A stretch of 64,000 bases of DNA from Tubulanus polymorphus. Its lineage: Eukaryota > Animalia > Nemertea. Below are positions 38,901-49,034 of this stretch, piece by piece (the stretch's first letter is position 1; every line of letters begins with the position of its first letter). Below the pieces are notes generated by a model that worked only from the letters and a program-made list of their open reading frames with translations, made no database searches and had not been told where the DNA came from. The DNA lies in assembly GCF_964204645.1 (NCBI RefSeq), contig NC_134036.1, positions 9,465,859-9,529,858 of the forward strand, read 5' to 3'. A program made the position numbers and the translations under genes.

Positions 38901-39964
38901 CAGGTGCGTATAATTATGTTTGGGGTAATAAATATTGTTGGTATTTATGCAATCAAGACTTAAAATTATTAGAAAGAATTAAGAAATTCTGTGAAGAAGT
39001 TTATTCACATAAAACATTTAGAATCATGGATGTTATGAAATCATCAGCAGTTTATAGAATACTTGTAAATAATCCTAAAGATTTTGCTATAAAATATAAT
39101 GATGAATTCTATATTCATGCAATAGTGAAAAGTAATACTTCAACAAAAGAAAAGATAGTTCCAGATTATGTATTAAATGCAAAAAATTATTTAAGAAAAT
39201 GGTTCTTCATTGGATTCTACGCAGCAGATGGTGCTAAAAAATTTACAAAGGATAAAAAGAAAACCTTTGCACAGATAGGAAAAGTTGCTTTATCGGGGTT
39301 AAATATATTATGTAATTCATTAGGCTTCAATATGAATATTGGATTGATTAAATCTAAAGGAAATTGCTTTAATTTAAGCCACACAGAAAAAGATTTAACT
39401 GAAGAAGTTAAAGATTTATTTGAAATATATAACCCAACAGATTATGTTTATGATTTATCAACCGAAGATGGCACATTCACCTGTGGATTTCCATTAATTT
39501 GCTTCATTACTGATGCGTACATACTAAAAATCAAGACAAATGACATAACAAAAGACATAAAAACATTAAAACATCATTTTGATTTTAGCAATTATCCCAA
39601 AGATCATGAACTATTTAGCAATGATAATAAACAAATTCCTGGTAAATTTAATAATGAATTAGGGGGTGATGAAATGATTGAATTTGTTGGGATAAGAAGT
39701 AAAATGTATAGTTACAGAACAAAAGATCATGAAGCTACAAAGTTAAAAGGAATAACAAAGCATGTGGTTGATAAACATATAGAATTTCAAGATTATATAA
39801 AGTGTTTATATAACTCAATTGTAATGAAACACAAAATGAATTGTTTAAGATCAGAAGATCACGAGATGTACATTAATGAAGTTGAAAAAACTAGTTTGAA
39901 TCCATTTGATGATAAAAGGCATATTTTAGATGATGGTATAAAAACATTACCTTATGGTTATTAA
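35990..39964 (+). pseudogene. polB: pPolB, intein-containing allele; several frameshifts and stops upstream of the intein
   Basis: Collinear with copy A: IYGDFES, VRDHDH..YRGAAH..CN, YIDANNLYGWAM, KLMNNSFYGKT, YFD[intein]TDA, GIRSKMY, KLKGI, DDKRHIL.DGI.TLPYGY*. Fragmented into ORFs 36072, 37188, 37596 and 38312. Confidence 0.95.
38444..39508 (+). mobile_element. Intein (355 aa) with LAGLIDADG homing endonuclease in pPolB motif C
   Basis: In-frame 1065-bp insert absent from copy A. Block A SVTADTPIL, block B VDVTEDHSL, LAGLIDADG motifs FIKGFFMGDGS and FFIGFYAADGA, block F YVYDLSTEDGTF, and +1 Thr. The terminal residue reads Ile (ATT) where Asn (AAT) is expected. Confidence 0.95.
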
Positions 39965-41288
39965 AATGGATCAATATCATCAAACTCGAAATCGCTATTG
40001 GCTTCTTCATTTTCATTTAATTGTTCTTGTATAATTTGTTTAGGTTCTTCCATTTCATTTTTCTCATTTAAATAACGTGTTATATTGTGCCACATTTCAT
40101 CTCGCTCTCTTTGTTTCTTTTTGTTCGTCAATTCATCAAATGGAAATATAATATCTATGTTTAAATAATTTACAATCTTATTAAAAAAGAGTTCATAATT
40201 AGTTGAATCTGTTATTCTATTATCCACATAATATCTTAATATTTGTTTGAATGTTTCTTTTATATTTTCCATATCTTCTTCTGTTAATTTAGGTTTTTCA
40301 TAATTATCGTTAAATAATAAATATAAATACATTTTCTTTTGTTTTGTGTTAAATGTTGATGGAATAATTGTTTTTATAATATCTTTTTTAGTTATTTCAC
40401 CATTTTTATTTTCTATTTTTTTCATTTTTTCAAGCCATTGCATATATTCTGGTGTATGATCTTCTATAGAAAATATTTTAAAAATGTCATCTAGATAATT
40501 TAATTTTGGTTCTACGAGAAATTCTCTAGTTTTTTCATCACCCCATAAATTCTTTTGCCATCCACATTCATTACAAAATAACACAGTACCTTCTTGTCTT
40601 AAGGTCGCATAAATACATTGTGGGCATTTTTGTTTATAATTTATTGGTGATAGATCTTCATTAAGCTCTTGGTATTTTTTTACGTTTTCTTTATGTTTTA
40701 TTGTTCTATTATGTAGATTTTAATTACTTGTTGTAATAATCAATTTACAATATTTACAATAATATGTTTTTCTTGTTAATTCATTATATTGTTTTTCTAA
40801 CTTTTCAACTGTTTCTTTATTATCTGGTAACGTTTTCTCATAATTCATTTTTTCTAATATTTTATTTTTTCTTTCATTGAATTCTGCTTCAAATTTATTA
40901 GAAATTTTTATCTATATGTACTTTACGAAATTGATGATTCTCCCAATCTTCTATATTTTCAGGGCTATATTTTATTCGACAAGGCTCACAGAAATAATCT
41001 TTTATATTATCCTTATCATAGAATAAGAAAGGTCTTTTCCAAATAATTTCAGATTCAACTTCAACAGAATTACTATTACTTTCATTACTATCAACATTAG
41101 CCGTTGCGCCATTAATTTTACACTTCTCTGAATGATTTTTAACATAATTTCTTGAGAATAATTTATTACATTTAGGGCAGTTTATTTTAGGGGGTTTATA
41201 ATTTTCATCGTGTTTTTTTCATATGTCGAGCCATATTACTTTTTCTTAGAAGTTCACCACAAATTTCGCATGGTATCTTCTCATCCAT
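39961..41288 (-). pseudogene. Multi-zinc-finger protein fused to a VLTF3 (poxvirus A2)-like late transcription factor domain; open C-terminal ORF 39961-40584
   Basis: From ATG 41288: four CxxC..H fingers (two frameshifts, one stop), then a CPQC-x12-CNECG zinc ribbon and F.QI...NY..FF.KI...L....FP...L...K.RERD.MW..I...L, matching my recollection of the VLTF3 C-terminus. Confidence 0.68.
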
Positions 41289-41357
41289 TTATTTAGGAAA
41301 AATTTTATCAAAATTAATTTTTAGTGATGAGCGGTAATTTTTTTATGTTATAAATAA

Positions 41358-42020
41358 ATGGTAGAATTAAAAGAATACAGAATATTTGTTGATTCTAGAA
41401 AACTTTCAAATTATAAATCACATAATTTACTAATACAATTAGATAGAGAATTTGAGAATTGTGTTGATTTAAAATTAGTAAATATAAGTTTATGTAACTC
41501 ATTTTACAATATATCGGATAAAAGTCTAGAACATTTAATTTTTTCAATCTTTTACAAAAAAAGGAATAAATGTTTTTTTATATATTTAAAACCAGGATTA
41601 TATAATTTAGATACATTAGCACAAGAGATTAAATGAAAAGCTCGAGCTGAATTAGGAAGTGATTCCGGATTTAGTATTAGATTTTCAAAAAGTCATAGTT
41701 CTAATAAAAGAAGGTAGATCAAATTTAATGCCTTTTACACACTTTTATATTTATTGCAATTTAATCGATCCTACACAAACATTTGATTGAAGCAACTAAA
41801 GATAAAACTTGCAATTCTAGTATACTAAATATTTTTACCATTAAAAAATGTTAAACAATTTGGAACTCAAATAAATTTTAATTTAACAGAATGTGATTTT
41901 AAACTTTGCATTCCACATTTCAATAATTTCAAATTAGAAATAAGAAATCATAATGGTTATTTAATTGATTTAAATAACTTTCCTGTGATATATGAATTAG
42001 TTATAAGATGTAGAGAGTAA
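41358..42020 (+). pseudogene. Minor capsid protein (penton)-like, disrupted
   Basis: IFVDS..L.IQL......LKLV.....NSFYNIS...YLKPGLYNLDTL, then FYIYCNLID and FKLEIRNHNGYLIDLNNFPVIYEL in downstream frames. This pattern is typical of Polinton single jelly-roll proteins. Confidence 0.7.
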
Positions 42021-42036
42021 TTTTTTCATTATATAA

Positions 42037-42297
42037 ATGAATATAACTGTTGGACCGAGTATATGTTTTGGGTTTGATTTTAAACATGAGAAAGAAATGA
42101 AATTAAACATTAATGATGTAATAACACATATTAAAAATATTGCATTTTCTAATGAAACAACATTTGAGTATGAAACAACAATAGATAATGAAACTTTAAA
42201 TGTAGAAAAGATTACTAATTTAATTAGAGAATCTTTAAGATTTTATGAATTAGTTGAACATTTTATCATCGATGATATTAAAAAAAATAATAATTGA
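42037..42297 (+). CDS. Polinton hypothetical protein
   Basis: ORF preceded by the shared TAAATG motif. Confidence 0.6.
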   Translation: MNITVGPSICFGFDFKHEKEMKLNINDVITHIKNIAFSNETTFEYETTIDNETLNVEKITNLIRESLRFYELVEHFIIDDIKKNNN

Positions 42298-42393
42298 AAT
42301 ATATACAAATGAAACTGGTATTGAAATAAATGTTGAATTAATCATTAATAAGTTAGCTAAATATTTTGAAGATAGTATTTTTTTTATTAATAA

Positions 42394-42615
42394 ATGAGTG
42401 ATAATAAGTGGATAATAACTGGATTATATAATGGAGCATTACTATCAGTTGGAACTGTTGGTTATTCAATGGTATTAAAGAAAGTATTTAAAATGGGAAG
42501 TGTTAATGTTGATAGATTTGATATCAATGATATTTTAAAATTAACATTAGCAGTTACTTTATCTAATTTAACTATTGATCATTTGGAAAAACAAAAATAT
42601 ATTCCTCCTATATAA
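42394..42615 (+). CDS. Small Polinton membrane-associated protein (73 aa)
   Basis: Intact ORF with the shared motif and two hydrophobic or amphipathic segments. Confidence 0.7.
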   Translation: MSDNKWIITGLYNGALLSVGTVGYSMVLKKVFKMGSVNVDRFDINDILKLTLAVTLSNLTIDHLEKQKYIPPI

Positions 42616-42639
42616 ATGCGTAATTATTTTACTAAATAA

Positions 42640-43062
42640 ATGGCTTCTGCAGTTATAACTATTATAGGATCAGCAATTGTTAACGCTTTAGCATTTACTG
42701 GTGGTGGTTATTTATTTAAGCATATCGATAAAAATGGGTCATTAACAGAACAAAAAAGACATAACTTAGCATTAGAGAAATACAATAAAGCTGCAGAAGA
42801 ATATAGAGAAAAGAGGCAAAACTACATGGATTATATTAACAAGGAATTATATGATCAGAAGACTTCACATAGAGATTTTCAATCAGTTGATGGTGCAATG
42901 AGTTTATATAACGCGGTAACCAATAAAGAACAATTACATCTATACAAATCTAAATTATCAGATTATTATACCCCGAGTAAAGAACAACAGAAATATGAAA
43001 TAATATGGATTTTAGGTGGAACTGTTATTGTTATATATGTAGCATATAGATTTACTAATTAG
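42640..43062 (+). CDS. Polinton protein with N- and C-terminal hydrophobic helices and a central coiled coil (140 aa)
   Basis: Intact ORF with the shared motif; IIGSAIVNALAFTGGGYLF...KRHNLALE...WILGGTVIVIYVAY. Confidence 0.75.
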   Translation: MASAVITIIGSAIVNALAFTGGGYLFKHIDKNGSLTEQKRHNLALEKYNKAAEEYREKRQNYMDYINKELYDQKTSHRDFQSVDGAMSLYNAVTNKEQLHLYKSKLSDYYTPSKEQQKYEIIWILGGTVIVIYVAYRFTN

Positions 43063-43082
43063 TAATTTTTTTTGCTAAATAA

Positions 43083-43508
43083 ATGGATGATAATATTGAT
43101 AATATTCCTCATGATATAAATAAACATAAATTAAAAATATATTTAGAAAAACAAATATTAGAATTTGAAAATGATTTAAAAGTTAAGAAGAAAAAATATT
43201 TAAAATCTAAAATTATTTATTGTTTTATTAATAGTGGTTCGGTTACAATTAGTTCTGTAATAACATTTCTAGCAATATTCAGCCCACTAACACCTTTAGC
43301 TATATCAATTGGTGTATTAGGATTAAGTTCAAGTGTTTTAACTGGTATAAGTTGAAAATTAAATATAAAAAGTAATAAAGAAAAAATTAAAACTAATATA
43401 AAAGAAATTAATAAATTAAAGAATACACTAGATTATATAATAAGTTTAAATGGTCATATAACAGTTGAAGAACAAGATAAATTATTAAAAGAATTAATAA
43501 ATTATTAA
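43083..43508 (+). pseudogene. Polinton two-TM, coiled-coil protein with one in-frame stop (43353-43355)
   Basis: Hydrophobic hairpin SGSVTISSVITFLAIFSPLTPLAISIGVLGLSSSVLTGI. The frame continues past TGA to TAA at 43508, just before the next gene motif. Confidence 0.65.
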
Positions 43509-43523
43509 TTTTTTATCATATAA

Positions 43524-44836
43524 ATGGTAGATAGTTTTCCAAAAGCTTTCCAATATTATAAATCAATTAAATATAATATTCCAGCAATAGATTTTACTAA
43601 AGATATTTCATATAGAAATGAAGTTTTAAATTCATTAATTGATTTATATATTTATGTTACTGAAAGTAATAATTTTCATGTAAAGATGGAAAATATATTC
43701 AATGTTTATGAAATTAATTTTAAAGATTTAAATGAGGCAAAACAATGGTTATTAAAATCTTATATGAAGTATTGGCAGAACCAATTAAATTTTGCTGTTT
43801 ATTGTGCAACAACAGGATGTGGAATTAGTTGGAATGATCATTTGAATAAACCAAGTTTACCATTGATGTTATCACTTTTTAGATTGCATACTTATTTTCA
43901 AATAAAATTAATATTAGATGAATTAGAATGTCCTTTACCAGGTTCAAAATACTTTAATGAACTAAATAATAATATTAATTTTTCAAAGTTTTATAAATTA
44001 TGTAATGAATTTAATATTAATTCAAATAAAGATTTTAGAGCAAAAATTGGAACAATGGGTGGATTAGGAATATTATATACTAAAGAATTTGGAAAAATAA
44101 GGACAAATTCAGATATAAGAACACTAAATTGGAATGAATTACCAAAATATTATAATAATATACAACAACAAAACAATAATGGTTGGGTTAATTTCATTTT
44201 AGAAAATATTGAAGGTTTTACTAAAGCTGGAATACAAAGAATAAATCAAACTTATTTGATATGTATTTTAGGCGCTCAAGTTGAAACAAGATCACCAATA
44301 GTTGGAAATGATAACACTTCATTTGATGCGCAGAAACAATTCAAAGTATTATTTGAAGATTCCATTCATAATGATAAAAATAGATCGATTCCAGAAAACA
44401 TTGTAAGATATCAAAATTATTTAGATAAATCTCATGTAAGACTAAATTATTGTATAGGCCCTAAACTTTTAATTATTGCTAATGATTTAGTACTAAAGCT
44501 GGGAAACATAATTGGTTATAATAATCTAACTAAACTGCAACAGTAAATAATTCATTTGGGTTGAATGATATAAATAAAAAGATTATTACTGCCCCAAAAT
44601 TAATGGAAGGTGAAAAAAATAAAAAACATATTCAATCAACAGAAACTAAAACTAAGAATATTAAATTCAATAATGATTCTAAACCGGATTATAATACATC
44701 AGAAAATATTAAAACTGATAATATTCAACAGGATATAATTAAAACTGATAATGATAATAAATTCCATGAAAATACTAAATTAGCTTTAACTTGTATAGGA
44801 ATTGTAATCGGAGGAATGTTATATTTTAAATTTTAA
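43524..44836 (+). pseudogene. Conserved Polinton hypothetical protein with a C-terminal TM anchor; ORFs 43524-44546 and 44561-44836 are probably one frameshifted gene
   Basis: YWQNQLNFAVYCATTGCGIS motif. The second ORF lacks both an ATG and the TAAATG motif and ends in LALTCIGIVIGGMLYF. Confidence 0.65.
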
Positions 44837-44851
44837 TTTTTTATTATATAA

Positions 44852-46308
44852 ATGGATGTAGAAGGTGGAGAAGATATTGGAATGGATACTTTTGATGAAC
44901 CTGGCATAACTGATGAACAACAACCTGATTTTAGTGAAACAAGTTTTAATGACGGTAATGAGCCAGAATATAATAACAATTTAAATATGCCTGATTATAT
45001 TAAAAATGCAGAATCACAATTAAATCCTGAAAATTTAGACCCAGATTTAGTAAAACAAGATTTAGAAAATTTAAACAAAATACCTAAATTAGAACGTATA
45101 ATTGAAAATTCTAAATTTAACATAAATGATGAAGACGTTGGACCTTTAGCAGATAAATTAAAATTTTTAGATAATGGTAAATGGTATTATCATTTGAAAG
45201 ATGATTATTATATTGATATCACTTTTAAAAATGAAAACAAAATATTAGCAAAATCAACTTTAGACAAATTAGAACCAGGTAGAATTAAAAGAACTAGTAA
45301 TAGTAATGTAATAACTGATGTTATAAAACAAGAATTAACTGTAAATGATATAGACGTATTTAAACAAAAAATTAATGAATTATTTGACAAAATCAAAAAG
45401 AAATCAGAAACAGAAATAACTTCTGAACATAATATAACTTCCAATACTAGTAAACTTAAATCAAATAAATTGAAAAACTTTTACCGAATGGATTAATTGA
45501 TGCAACAGATCAAGAATTAGAAGATTTAAATAATATATTTTCTGTTGAAGCAATTAGAGAAATAAAAAGTATATGACTTGCATCTGATAAAATTGCGCAT
45601 GATATAAGTATAAGAGATTTTAAAATTCGAACTTTAGAAAAAGAATTAACTGATAAAAATAAAGAAATAGAACAATTAACGTCTGATTTAGATCATCAAG
45701 TAATTGATGTAATAGAATATAGGCAAAAAGAATTACGTTTAGAAAAAGAAATAGATGATTTAAAATATAACATAGAATTACAAAAAGAAAAAATTAAATT
45801 ATTATTAAAATCATATGATTATAATGTTAATAGATTAAAAGTTATTTTTAAAGATTTGTTGATAAAACCAAATTCTGAAATATCATTAAAAGATAGAATA
45901 AAGTTATTATTTAAATTAGAAGGAATAACAATTCTTTCAATTCTAACAGCTGTAACTATGTTATTTACAGCAATTGGTTTAGCAATATCAAATTCTTTGA
46001 AATCTACTCCTACTCCCAATAAACCGGATAAACCCCCGAATGATAATAATTCTATACAAGATAAAGTTAAGGATGGTTTAAAGAAATTAGCCAAATATTT
46101 ATGGGAACTATCTAAAAAATCTGCTGCAGCATTACCCGGAATTATTGCATCAATTGTTGGTTTTATATTGAAATCTGCAGGTAATATTCTTAACTTTGCT
46201 GCTGAACATATTATTTCATTTTTAATTACAGTTGTAAGTGCTATTATTTTTGGGTTAGTGAATATGATATCAAAAAGATATCAAGAAAAAGTAATAAAAA
46301 ATAAATAA
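44852..46308 (+). pseudogene. Large Polinton protein (acidic N-terminus, coiled coil, C-terminal TM segments), disrupted into ORFs 44852-45496 and 45856-46308
   Basis: Single TAAATG start, coiled-coil-like coding between the two ORFs, and EGITILSILTAVTMLFTAIGLAI...KSAAALPGIIASIVGFIL. Confidence 0.65.
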
Positions 46309-46328
46309 TTAATTTTTTTGTTAAATAC

Positions 46329-46707
46329 ATGAGTGGGAGTTATATAAGTCCTTCTAAGATTTCTAGAATATCTATGCTATTAAAGCAGAAAGATCACATC
46401 ATATAATTACTCATAATCCTTCAAATATTAATCCCGATGAAACTTTATATGTTAGAATTCCTAGATTAACACAAAATACTTTTTATGTTCCAAATAGTAT
46501 TTATTTATCAGCCGATATAAAAGTAACTGGTCATGATAATAATTGTGTTGTCGATAATGTTGGGAGATATTTGATTAAAAAATTAACTATAAAGATTGGT
46601 CCAGAAACAGTTTTCTCATTAGATGATTATAATTTATTTATGCATTATAAAGATTTATGGTTAACTAAAGAAAATAGAAATAATATGATATTTCAAGGCA
46701 TTCAATC
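46329..46707 (+). pseudogene. Major capsid protein (double jelly-roll) N-terminal third, frameshifted and truncated
   Basis: ERSHHIITHNPSNINPDETLYVRIPRL...YVPNSIYL...VVDNVGRYLIKKL.IK...VFSLDDY.LF.HYKDLWLT...R.NMIFQGIQ, matching my recollection of invertebrate Polinton MCP N-termini. Composition breaks at ~46707. Confidence 0.72.
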
Positions 46708-47207
46708 GTCCGTCGCGTCACTGTCTAATATCCGGCGTTTAACATTCAATTTCAATCGATGTTTCAGGTGAAATCCTGAACACTCGTTTATCGAGTACGA
46801 TCACGTTTTTTTCCCCGTGAAGTTTGCTATTAAAACGTTTATGCCCGATGTTTGCGAGGTTCAGGCTGTACATTGATACCAGCAAGAGTCACTTGCACCG
46901 CAATCGGTCGAATATACTCCGCACATTTATTGAAGATTTTCAATAAAAAAAAACTAAAATAAAACTGCAAGTTTCAAAAGTCTTTGCATTTTGAAAACAA
47001 CTCAAAGCTGATCGCCATTGCTTTACTAAAACGACGAAGAACGCAAATAAATACCTTGACAAGCGATGTGGCCTTCTCCCTGTACAAAGCCCTACAAGTT
47101 CAACAACGAATACGTATTTGTATTGAATATATCCGCATGTAATTATTGGGCAACCCCCTAGAATATCTGTCCCTACGCCCAATCGCACCCCCTAACCTCA
47201 TTATTAC

Positions 47208-47288
47208 CTGTATGTAGTTGGCGTTGATATAGTCGCTATAAGGATCAGCGCCAGTCTCAACTTCCAGCACGACTCGAGAGGCATCATC
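47208..47288 (-). pseudogene. Orphan exon of a classical (receptor-type) protein tyrosine phosphatase
   Basis: DDASRVVLEVETGADPYSDYINANYIQ (PTP motifs DxxRVxL and DYINA) followed by donor CAG|GTAAT. The acceptor AG is missing. Confidence 0.82.
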
Positions 47289-48086
47289 AAGAGAGGCACT
47301 CATTGCATGAGTGTACACATGCAGGCTTATGGCGAAATCCTGTTACAAATTGAACCAGAGAAATATATAATACCCGTTATTGTAACGGTTCATAGAATAT
47401 GAAAGATATCGGCAGAGTGGAGGACACAAACCTACCCTACCGGTCGTGACACGCATCCACAAGTGAAGAAGGCAAGGCGCAAGATCAAACTATGGCTCCA
47501 AGGTCTTTTAGTTCTGGAGTGTTATACACATTAACGGTAATTGTATTTTACTGAAGTGTTACCGGAATATGCGGATTTAAGTTTTATGAAGTCAATCAAA
47601 CTATGAATCAATGATTAATAAATGATTACATGACTTCATTTCTACAGCGGATTTTCATACAGAAATATTTCTCGTCCAGCTACAATAAAGTTTTGATAAA
47701 CTACTGTTTGTATTTGTGTGTTGTATACAAAATGACCAACGAAAATGAAAAGATTCAACAATTTGTAGAAAGAACATGTAGATTTTCCAAACTTTTTGTT
47801 TTATTATATATTTGCAGCTGTATAACAATCGAATTTCACTAACTGAATATCACACTGTTACCAGGCCACAGTAAATACGGTTTCAAGTTGTATGACTACG
47901 TGGGGTGGGGGATAAGGGGGCAGGGGAGTATATTTAATGATTAAAAGGCCGCGGTTCATAGGAACCATTTTACACTAATAGGTCCATTGACACGATTTTC
48001 AAGGGCAGTGATTTCTTGATTAATTTCCAATTCTCAAGCAAAATGTCCTACTATAAATCGATGTGAATAAAATTTTAAATCAGTGG

Positions 48087-49034
48087 TTATTTGATTGAAT
48101 TTCTACAGCAGATTTTCATACAGAAATATTCACGAATTTCTCGTCCCATTAAAAGATATATGTAGAAATTTACCACATAGTTACACATTAGGAATTGTGT
48201 GAAAATGTCATATAGAAATTCTTTCTGTTCCGTAAGGATTGGTAAAAATGCAGCGATAGTGGTTGGAAGTGTGAATATTGCAAATGCGAGTGAAACTGTT
48301 ACAAGCATCATTGTTGTACGTTTCGATTTTGTAGTTTTCTTATCAGACGAAAGCATTTTTGTTCCTCTGAATAACTGAATAATTATGATAGAATTTGATA
48401 TCAGAATCGACGATAAAGGCAAAACAAAAGCGTAGAAACCAAGTGGAGTAAGAAATTTCATTTGGACAATTAATTCATAGTAACATCCGAAAAACTGGTC
48501 GGAAAAATGTATCGACAAAGTAGCGGGAAGTTGAACCAGTACAGTCACTGTAGTAATTATCAATATAGCAAATCTAGCGAATCTAGGCGTGCATATCAAA
48601 CGAGAAGTGAACGGAAAGAGAACAACTGCCGCACGTTCTAGAGATATAGCTACCAATAACCAGGAACTGCTAGAATTGGCAACTGCCATCAATATTTCAT
48701 ATATCTTACAACTGATCAGTGAATTCATGATGAATACAAGACTAGTATTTAGATTCAATAGAATAAACTGTAAAACAGGCATCAGTGTAAAATTTTTGCA
48801 GTACAAGAAATCACAGACTGACAAAATGACAAGATAGTTAGCGTAAGATAAACTGCGGAATTTGCGACTTGTCATTATAAGAAAAGTAGCTGATTTTCCA
48901 AAGACTCCAAACAGAAACACGATAGGCAGAATGACCAACGACACAGTACGGTAAGTTCCAGACCTGTTCTCCACCGACATTAGAATGATGTAACTGCTAT
49001 ACGTTCGGCCAATTCGTATCTTAGTTGAATTCAT
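48087..49034 (-). CDS. Single-exon class A GPCR, peptide-receptor-like, open frame (315 aa; second Met MSVENRS may be the true start)
   Basis: Seven hydrophobic segments, LSVCD, C at the top of TM3, SLERAAVVLFP, FAIFTLP, NFYIY and a C-terminal CC. TM1 GN is changed to GK. Confidence 0.88.
   Translation of the reverse strand: MNSTKIRIGRTYSSYIILMSVENRSGTYRTVSLVILPIVFLFGVFGKSATFLIMTSRKFRSLSYANYLVILSVCDFLYCKNFTLMPVLQFILLNLNTSLVFIMNSLISCKIYEILMAVANSSSSWLLVAISLERAAVVLFPFTSRLICTPRFARFAILIITTVTVLVQLPATLSIHFSDQFFGCYYELIVQMKFLTPLGFYAFVLPLSSILISNSIIIIQLFRGTKMLSSDKKTTKSKRTTMMLVTVSLAFAIFTLPTTIAAFLPILTEQKEFLYDIFTQFLMCNYVVNFYIYLLMGREIREYFCMKICCRNSIK

Larger units (their letters stand above)
41288..46331. 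promoter_or_regulatory. Repeated upstream motif TAATTTTTT-N(4-9)-TAAATG at Polinton B gene starts
   Basis: TAAATG overlaps the start codon at 41288(-), 41358, 42037, 42394, 42640, 43083, 43524 and 44852, with variant TAAATACATG at 46329. Each has a T-tract about 20 nt upstream. Confidence 0.75.
35983..46707 (+). mobile_element. Polinton/Maverick fragment B (pPolB with intein, VLTF3-like gene, penton, membrane proteins, truncated major capsid protein)
   Basis: Contiguous AT-rich, gene-dense, intronless block with a shared upstream motif. Both ends are truncated. No integrase, ATPase or protease is seen in the retained part. Confidence 0.92.

Noticed and set aside
38444-39508. Group I intron or free-standing homing endonuclease
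   Set aside because: The insert is entirely in frame, with intein blocks A, B and F and a +1 Thr at exact extein junctions, and has no non-coding flanks.
27175-46707. Polintons A and B as one element split by insertions
   Set aside because: They contain overlapping, diverged versions of the same polymerase region, so they are separate elements.
35983-46707. Bacterial or phage contamination as the source of the intein
   Set aside because: The segment is joined to a Gypsy fragment, co-duplicated with a GPCR, lacks Shine-Dalgarno motifs and decays like the neighbouring TEs. Read-level confirmation is still advisable.
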